From: a virus
Lineage: Duplodnaviria > Caudoviricetes
Virus record (IMG/VR): IMGVR_UViG_3300020181_000026
Coordinates: 1-30,829 of that record
Direction: 5' to 3' (one strand)
DNA: 30,829 bases
The position numbers and the translations under genes are program-made. Positions 24,763-30,829 of this stretch are shown one piece after another. A model generated the notes under the pieces. It did no database searches. It was not told the origin of the DNA and worked only from the letters and a program-made list of their open reading frames with translations. Every line of letters starts with the position of its first letter. Within the stretch, counting starts at the first letter, position 1.

Positions 24763-25077
24763 TTATCCCTTCGCGGCATTCAAAGCGATGCCGAGTGTGT
24801 GGTAGGCACGCATGTATCGGGTGCCGAACTCAAGGAAGACGGAATGTGGCTGCTTGGCGATCACACGCCACCCACCGCCGTCGAGCTTCACGATATGTAT
24901 GTCTTGGAAGTAGTGGGGCCGAAGCCCAGGGCCAACACCGTACCGGCCCGTCGTACCGACAGGGGCGGTACGGACCGCCCAGTCGTGGACCCGCTCCGCC
25001 CGGGGGTACAGCCTCTCGTGCGCCAACCTTTCCAGTTGGCGATCAAGGTTTCGGCGATTCATCTTCGCGTCAGCCAC
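24763..25077 (-). CDS. HK97 gp10-like neck protein
   Basis: APVGTTGRY...SVFLEFGTRYMRAYHTL motif. Confidence 0.8.
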   Translation of the reverse strand: MADAKMNRRNLDRQLERLAHERLYPRAERVHDWAVRTAPVGTTGRYGVGPGLRPHYFQDIHIVKLDGGGWRVIAKQPHSVFLEFGTRYMRAYHTLGIALNAAKG

Positions 25078-25080
25078 CGG

Positions 25081-25446
25081 TCACCCCGACACCGCGACGA
25101 GAGACAGTTCGGTATGCCGGATCCGTCCCGTGGCCGGGTCCGGGTGGAAACTCGGCGCACCGAGTACCTCCAACTCCAACCCCCGCCAGGTGACACGCGC
25201 GGACGAGGAAACGTCCACTTGCCCTTCCAAGAACGCCCGGTACGACGTCACGATCTGATCCCGGGTGCGCCCCGCGTCCCTGGTTTCCTGTGACGTCCCG
25301 GGCAGGATCACCCCGTAGCAACGCACCGACGGGGAGGCGGCAACCCTGCCCGGGATGACGTTGCCGAACCGGTCCGTCGTTGACGTCGCCGACACGTCCG
25401 AAAATGTCAGCAACTCCGACGGGAGGGCGAACATCATTGGCGCCAC
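25081..25446 (-). CDS. Head-closure / stopper protein
   Basis: TDRFGN...RVTWRGLELEVLGAP...HTELSL motifs. Confidence 0.75.
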   Translation of the reverse strand: MAPMMFALPSELLTFSDVSATSTTDRFGNVIPGRVAASPSVRCYGVILPGTSQETRDAGRTRDQIVTSYRAFLEGQVDVSSSARVTWRGLELEVLGAPSFHPDPATGRIRHTELSLVAVSG

Positions 25447-25826
25447 GCACCGAACCGCATGCTGGTCTGGTTCAGGTAGGCGAGCACGTTCGGCCCGAAC
25501 TTCGGCGTCGGCGCGTTACCCCCACCGGAACCGGACCGGCGAGTCCAGGACACCGAACCGGTGGACATGGACGAGAAACCGTCCTTAGCGCCCGTCTCGT
25601 CACCGAGGTCCATCATGTATTGCGCCTGCAGCAGCGTCATCATCATGATGTCGTGCCGCACCCGTGCGTCCGTGGCGAAGCCGTCTTCGCCGACGTCGTA
25701 CAGGTACCCGCCGAGGAGTTCCCGGATCCGTTCCGTTGCCCTGTCGAGTAGACGCTCCGGGTGGCGCGGCATGGGGTCGTCCTCGAGGAACGACTCCAGC
25801 TCATCGACTGTCGCGTACGCAACCAT
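25434..25826 (-). CDS. Head-to-tail adaptor
   Basis: MVAYATVDEL...LLDRATERI...S.STGSVSW motifs. Confidence 0.8.
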   Translation of the reverse strand: MVAYATVDELESFLEDDPMPRHPERLLDRATERIRELLGGYLYDVGEDGFATDARVRHDIMMMTLLQAQYMMDLGDETGAKDGFSSMSTGSVSWTRRSGSGGGNAPTPKFGPNVLAYLNQTSMRFGAWRQ

Positions 25827-25853
25827 GCCTGCGCCCCTCCCGAGGACTTGTCG

Positions 25854-26336
25854 TCAGACCCGTCGCGAAACACCCGTGTCAAGGTCACGCTCAACCTTGA
25901 CCGTGGCGCCCGTGAGGGGGTTGACGGTCACGTCGTAGGTTTCGGTCCGGGCGTCGCCCTCGGTTTCCTCGGTGCGCCCACCAACCTCACCGATCTTGAC
26001 GTAGGCGACCACGGAACCGTGGCCCTCCTTCGCCGCCTCGGCAAGCTCGCGGCCCGACGGGGTCGCGGTGGACACCCGCTCGCTCGGGTCCCACGTGTCG
26101 GCCGGGGCGTCGCCCGGCGCGGTGTGGCCCACCGTGCCGGGGACCTCACCCTCGGCGCGCGTGACGCGCGGCTGCTCGCCGGTCACGTGGCCCTCGGTCT
26201 GAGCCTCGGCCACGGCCTGTTCCGCCGTCGGGCCCGAATTCAGGTCGTTGACCACGGCCTCCGACGGGCGGGGCTCACTGGCGTTGGTGCCGGCGGACTG
26301 CTTCGGGCCCTTGCCGTTGTCCTGAGTGTTAGCCAT
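25854..26336 (-). CDS. Low-complexity acidic protein downstream of the capsid gene
   Basis: GAGGAG RBS; E/A/T/P/G-rich, with a short beta-hairpin-like C-terminus (TVKVERDLDTG). Confidence 0.75.
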   Translation of the reverse strand: MANTQDNGKGPKQSAGTNASEPRPSEAVVNDLNSGPTAEQAVAEAQTEGHVTGEQPRVTRAEGEVPGTVGHTAPGDAPADTWDPSERVSTATPSGRELAEAAKEGHGSVVAYVKIGEVGGRTEETEGDARTETYDVTVNPLTGATVKVERDLDTGVSRRV

Positions 26337-26377
26337 CGTGGCTATCTCCTCTGTGTGAAAGTGCCGGGATGGACTGA

Positions 26378-27343
26378 TCAGGAGTTGAGCACACCGGTCA
26401 TGCGCGCAGCGGCCTTACCGCCGAACGTCGCCAGACCGCAGTAGAACTCGATGCGGGTGCGGTACACGGGCTGTGACTGCAGGAAACCAAGGTCGTCGAC
26501 CTGAACGCCACCGTTGGTGAGGCCAGTGACACCACGGTCCGTCTCGTCCTGGCCGAACTTCACGGCGTAGATGGACGACGTGGTACCGGTGGCGGTGCCC
26601 TGAGTCTCGGTCTGCGGGAGGATGTCAGCGCCGGACAGGTTCTGCCCCGGGTCGAGAACCGGGATGCCGTTCCAGGTGAGCACGCGCTTGTTGGTCATGT
26701 CTTCGCGGACGATGTCCACACCACCGACGCGGCGGCCAGCGGAACGGACCTTCGCCTGCAGGCCAGCGTTCATGTAGATGGCGCCGTTGTTCGGGTTGAT
26801 GCCGGGAACGCGGGACAGCAGGTTGTCCAAGGCGTCAAAGAATGCGTCCCGGGTGGTCGCGTCGGTGTTGATGCCAGCACCGTTGGTGCCGATGGCGAAC
26901 ACCTGGTTACCGGTGAGGCGCTTCTTGAGGCCGTCGAAACCCTTGGCGGCTTCACCACCGGCGGAGGTGTCGTTGTTGAAAAACGCGTCCTGGAATCGGT
27001 AGGCAGCGGCCTTGACCTTCATGGCGGTCTGCACGGCGCGCTGGTCATTGAGGTTGCCGCGGGTCTGCACGAGGAACCGGTCAACGTCCGCGTCGCCACC
27101 CATGATGACCAGGGACTCGGTCGCGGTGACGACAACACCGGTCGACTCGGTGTACGCCTCGTTGACGTTACGGAACGCGATGCCGGGCAGGGTGCTTTCC
27201 GCGTTGTACGCGTAGGCGTTGCCCTGGACCTCCATCAACGGAAGCCGGTCAAGGACCGGGGATTCCTGGACGAACATTTCCAGTACGCCACGCTGCAAAT
27301 CGTTGGTCGACAAGACCGCCGCTTGCGCCAGGGTAACGGCCAT
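26378..27343 (-). CDS. Major capsid protein
   Basis: GAGGAG RBS; 321 aa after the scaffold; LPGIAFRNVNE, GGDADVD, FDGL..RL and YRTRIEFYCGLA motifs. Confidence 0.9.
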   Translation of the reverse strand: MAVTLAQAAVLSTNDLQRGVLEMFVQESPVLDRLPLMEVQGNAYAYNAESTLPGIAFRNVNEAYTESTGVVVTATESLVIMGGDADVDRFLVQTRGNLNDQRAVQTAMKVKAAAYRFQDAFFNNDTSAGGEAAKGFDGLKKRLTGNQVFAIGTNGAGINTDATTRDAFFDALDNLLSRVPGINPNNGAIYMNAGLQAKVRSAGRRVGGVDIVREDMTNKRVLTWNGIPVLDPGQNLSGADILPQTETQGTATGTTSSIYAVKFGQDETDRGVTGLTNGGVQVDDLGFLQSQPVYRTRIEFYCGLATFGGKAAARMTGVLNS

Positions 27344-27361
27344 AGCCGGACTCCTCAGGGG

Positions 27362-28087
27362 TTACGGATTCGACGTGGATGCGTACGCATTCACGAGACG
27401 TTGTTGTGCGTTGAGTGGGGCGGGGCGCGTGGTTCCGCTCCCGCCGTTCATGGAACTCGGCCCACCGCTGGCGACAGGCGCTTTCGGTTTCGTCTCTGCC
27501 TTGAGAGACGCATCGGCCTTGATCGCCTCGGTGATCGCCGCCTTGACCTTGTCCCCGAAATCAGCAGCGTCGGGATTCAACGAATCCATCTTCGCCATGA
27601 ACGATCGGGAATCGAGTAGGCGCGCGGGACTGGCGCCGAGAGCGGGGTCAGACGCGAGACGGAACACAGCTAGCTGGACGGCCTGGTCTTTGGCTTTCGC
27701 TGCAGCTGCATCGCGTTCCGCGGTTGCCTTTTTCAGGGCTTCCGCCGGGTCTTCCGTGCCGTCCTCTTTCAACCCGAGGGTTTTCAAGATTGCAGCAAGT
27801 TGTCCCTTGGTTGCCTTTTCCGCTTCCTTCGCCTTGCGGGCGTCTTCGCGCGCCGCGTCCAGTGCACGCTGTGCACGGGCGGGGTCGAAGTCGCCGGACC
27901 ACCGTTGCGTTTCGCCGCTGTCCGATTCCGCACCGGTCCTGGTCTCGCCCTGGCCGCCAGTGTCGCCGGACTCAGGTGCGGTCCCGGTTCCGCCCGTAGG
28001 AGCGGGTACGCCGGATCCGCCCTGAGTCATCAGACCTAGGGCCATCAGGGATGCGAGTGTGGACATGATGCGTAGAGATCGGAACAT
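27362..28087 (-). CDS. Capsid scaffolding protein
   Basis: Flexible N-terminus, charged coiled coil and LLDSRSF motif; directly upstream of the capsid gene. Confidence 0.85.
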   Translation of the reverse strand: MFRSLRIMSTLASLMALGLMTQGGSGVPAPTGGTGTAPESGDTGGQGETRTGAESDSGETQRWSGDFDPARAQRALDAAREDARKAKEAEKATKGQLAAILKTLGLKEDGTEDPAEALKKATAERDAAAAKAKDQAVQLAVFRLASDPALGASPARLLDSRSFMAKMDSLNPDAADFGDKVKAAITEAIKADASLKAETKPKAPVASGGPSSMNGGSGTTRPAPLNAQQRLVNAYASTSNP

Positions 28088-28107
28088 GGCGCGTGTCCCC
28101 CTTGGGA

Positions 28108-28154
28108 TACGAATGCAGACATGCGCACTTGCGCATACTGGCCCGATCTTACGG
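28108..28154 (-). promoter_or_regulatory. Candidate promoter/operator for the scaffold-capsid operon
   Basis: Minus strand CCG-TAAGAT; palindrome ATGCGCA-CT-TGCGCAT (28121-28136); CATTCGTA before the RBS. Confidence 0.4.
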
Positions 28155-28344
28155 TAAGCCTTGACGTAACGCCTAGCATGTGATCAGGGGACACTCGGCC
28201 TCAGCGACATAGCCCTAGGATTCCTATAGTCCCCGGAACGGACGTGGGGGTTACGGGGATGCGGGTACGCTACGTCGCCCCTCAGCAAACGTATCCCGCC
28301 CGGTGCAAGGGTAGGGGTCTTTCCCGGCGCAACGGCGGGGTAGC

Positions 28345-29346
28345 TCACGGGATACGTGTCGCGAACGGAACCCGATTACGAACAGCGGAACGCGCCCGAC
28401 TCTTGACGGTCTTCGGCAAGGCAGGGTCCGCAGCCAGCAATTTCTCAGCCGCCTTGCGCCGCGCCGCGTCCGACTCCGATTCCAGGGCGAACCCGAGGAT
28501 CACGGAACGTTGCGCCTCACGCTTGAGCGCGTCGGGCAGGGAACCCAGATCCGAAGTCCACTCGACCGACCACGGCGCCGTCCCACACCGGCACGACGGG
28601 TGCAACGGCGGCCCTGTAAGGGCACCCTTCGGGACGGCGTACGCCTTGCCATTGGCGCGGTACGTACGGCCCTTCGGGAACACCCCGCCCCTGGACATGA
28701 CCCCCGCCAGGGCAAGACAGTCCAAACAGGCATCGCGTTCGGGGCGCCACACGGTCTCCCACCCGTTCTTGCGAGCCACCATGTCCACACCATCAGCATG
28801 AGCAGCGTTAACGATCGTTCGGGCGCCCATCTCCACCGAGCGGGTCACCGCCTTCGCCATGCCGGCCACCGTGCGCATGTCGTCCAGGGTTGTCGCCGTG
28901 TCCGCAACCAGCTGGACTCTGTTCGCGCGCCTGATGGCTGACGGCACAACCGAGTTCACCAGGGAACGCAGGGACCGAGGCAGGCGTCCGGCGACGATAG
29001 GCGCAGCGGCCACGGGAACACCGATCAAGCCACCGCTCGCAGCAGCGTTCGCGACGCCCAGGGCCAGCGCCATCTCGGCAATGGGCGCAGGGTCGACGCC
29101 ACCGAGAACGGCCTTGATCTGCTCAATGAACGTGGCGACGATGCCCCGGATCCGACGCGCCTGATCCGGGGTGGCCTCGAGCGCGTCACCGACGATGATG
29201 GTCCACCGAGTAACCAGGTCCCGGGTGAACGCGTCCACCATCTTGCGTACGCGCTCGGTCAACGATGCGGCTGCCTCGTCTTCCGTCTCGATCAGTGCTT
29301 CGGCCTGAGACTCCAGTAACTCCAGATACTCACTCAGCGTCGCCAC
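28345..29346 (-). CDS. MuF-like minor head (capsid morphogenesis) protein
   Basis: W..ERDACLDCLALAG and PPLHPSCRC motifs; between portal and scaffold; start chosen at GTG 29346. Confidence 0.85.
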   Translation of the reverse strand: MATLSEYLELLESQAEALIETEDEAAASLTERVRKMVDAFTRDLVTRWTIIVGDALEATPDQARRIRGIVATFIEQIKAVLGGVDPAPIAEMALALGVANAAASGGLIGVPVAAAPIVAGRLPRSLRSLVNSVVPSAIRRANRVQLVADTATTLDDMRTVAGMAKAVTRSVEMGARTIVNAAHADGVDMVARKNGWETVWRPERDACLDCLALAGVMSRGGVFPKGRTYRANGKAYAVPKGALTGPPLHPSCRCGTAPWSVEWTSDLGSLPDALKREAQRSVILGFALESESDAARRKAAEKLLAADPALPKTVKSRARSAVRNRVPFATRIP

Positions 29347-29545
29347 GGGCGCCGCATTCTTCACAACACGGGTACGGATGATTAGCCGACAGACGTGGGT
29401 GCGCGCACTGGGGTTCGCGTAGCGCCGTGGCGCACATCCGATTCCGGTCTCCATGGGGCAGACACCGATCACCGGATATCAACCCGACCGGACGGCCGGA
29501 ATCCACGCAATAACGTTCCTCGGCCGGAACTTGTAGCCCGATCAC
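29330..29545 (-). CDS. Cys/His-rich 71-aa protein
   Basis: GGAGG RBS; GTGA overlap with the portal stop; 7 Cys, including CLPH, CAH and CCEEC. Confidence 0.6.
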   Translation of the reverse strand: MIGLQVPAEERYCVDSGRPVGLISGDRCLPHGDRNRMCATALREPQCAHPRLSANHPYPCCEECGARGDAE

Positions 29546-30828
29546 CGTTCGACCTCCCCACGGACTGGACCCGTCAGCCGGTTACGGAACGCGCTACGGG
29601 TGGGCTCGTCAACGTCCCCGAGCGCCGACGCCGTGTTGAACCGGGACACCGCCTCAGCCATACGAGAGGCGTCCTCCAGTCCGGAGATGGCCTGTACCTC
29701 TTCGGCAACCCGCTTGTCGTCCCAGTCAGGGTGGAACATTCGCACCTTGGTTTCAGCACTGATCGCCTTAGCTGCGTCCAGTGCGGCGATGGTCTGCGCC
29801 GTCTCCAACTGTCCGGGCTGCACGGACTCCGGCCATTCCACGTTAGGAACCTCCAGGTCCGCACCGTCGCCGAATACGAACGACTGCAGACGCGCGAGGG
29901 TGACCACGACCTCGGGGAGAACGGAATCCCAGTAGTCCCGCTTCATGTCCTGCGTCATGAGGGTGCGCTTGGCTTTGTTCTGGATCTCTGTCGCCGTGAC
30001 GGCTGCGCCCTCGGTCTCGCCCGTGAACGTGATCATCGAGTATCCGGCGCCCTGAATGATGGCCTCCCGCAACGCATCGCACGTGCGCGCGTGTTCCTCC
30101 ACCCGGATAGCAAACTGGACTTGTTCGATGGGCACCTTATCCACATCAAGGCCGAGATTCATGCCGACATACAACTCTTTGTCCAGGTCAACGAACGCGC
30201 CCTTACCCTCGGCCAGAGGAGACAGCGCGGAACGGTCCATGATCAGGCGCGCCTTGCCGAGGCGGATGTCGCGCATCCACGACGTCCACGCCACATCCAG
30301 CGCAGCCATGGCGTCCTCTACCCCTGAGTAGTCCGAACGCCCCCAGTTCGCCGCCGTCGGCACGTTGCGCCAGATCCGATTGGGCAGAATGTTCGGCACA
30401 TACCAGGCGGTGAGCGAGCCATCATCAAGGCCGGTGGGGATGACCCCCTCGTCCTGCCCGTCGACGATGTCCGGCGGGAGATAGCCACCCTCGGCGGGAG
30501 CGTCGCGGAACGCCACACGCTCACCCAACTCCTGCGGGGTACCCCGGTACATGCCGTGAATGATGTATCCCGGCTCGTGGCGCTCCAGGTGGCGCCACAC
30601 GGTGTTACCCTCCTGCCAGACGATCTCCCAGAACGTCACAGCCCGCAGACGGTCATGCGCCCACTCAGGCACCGCAACATCCGGATGCACGGGCACGGTC
30701 CACGCGCGCGCACGGAGGTTCTGGTCCCACACCGCCCGCAGATACACCCCGCCCAATGCCGATTGAATCTCCGCAGCCTGCCGCAGCCGGGACCACAGCC
30801 CATCCTCGATCAGGTCCTCCACGAACTG
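29542..30828 (-). CDS. Portal protein, SPP1 Gp6/A118-like (5'-truncated by window edge)
   Basis: AAE..SALGGVYL, HLERHEPG, GRSDY, W.RDIRLGK.R, QF.IRVEEH and TATEI motifs. Confidence 0.9.
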   Translation of the reverse strand, partial: QFVEDLIEDGLWSRLRQAAEIQSALGGVYLRAVWDQNLRARAWTVPVHPDVAVPEWAHDRLRAVTFWEIVWQEGNTVWRHLERHEPGYIIHGMYRGTPQELGERVAFRDAPAEGGYLPPDIVDGQDEGVIPTGLDDGSLTAWYVPNILPNRIWRNVPTAANWGRSDYSGVEDAMAALDVAWTSWMRDIRLGKARLIMDRSALSPLAEGKGAFVDLDKELYVGMNLGLDVDKVPIEQVQFAIRVEEHARTCDALREAIIQGAGYSMITFTGETEGAAVTATEIQNKAKRTLMTQDMKRDYWDSVLPEVVVTLARLQSFVFGDGADLEVPNVEWPESVQPGQLETAQTIAALDAAKAISAETKVRMFHPDWDDKRVAEEVQAISGLEDASRMAEAVSRFNTASALGDVDEPTRSAFRNRLTGPVRGEVER

Positions 30829-30829
30829 C

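Noticed and set aside
12690-30327. Long plus-strand ORFs (e.g. 12690-13841, 20815-22278, 27219-28025, 29395-30327)
   Set aside because: Antisense shadows of structural genes; low-complexity translations without independent signals.

Overview
This window is part of a high-GC actinobacteriophage (siphovirus-type) genome. The host is inferred to be a filamentous actinomycete, from a DUF397 gene and actinophage-type structural and lysis proteins. Two arms converge on a hairpin terminator at about 8322-8359. The + arm (1-8306) holds a 5'-truncated SF2 helicase, a PD-(D/E)XK exonuclease, a putative SSB, many small coupled ORFs and an orphan DUF397. It also holds a cluster of structured intergenic RNAs (4860-6271), including a tRNA-shaped RNA whose anticodon arm has been replaced. 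The - arm (30829 to 8400) runs: portal (truncated), Cys-rich ORF, MuF-like protein, scaffold, major capsid, head-tail joining genes, major tail protein, tail chaperones with a -1 frameshift, tape measure with a C-terminal peptidase motif, Dit, minor tail proteins and a beta-helix tailspike. It then continues with a three-gene fibre module built around a 1122-aa Trp-repeat protein, an oppositely oriented moron-like ORF and the lysis cassette. No integrase, CRISPR array or reverse transcriptase is visible. The best candidates for undescribed systems are the structured-RNA/tRNA-mimic locus and the fibre module. All calls come from reading motifs by eye; no database searches were run.
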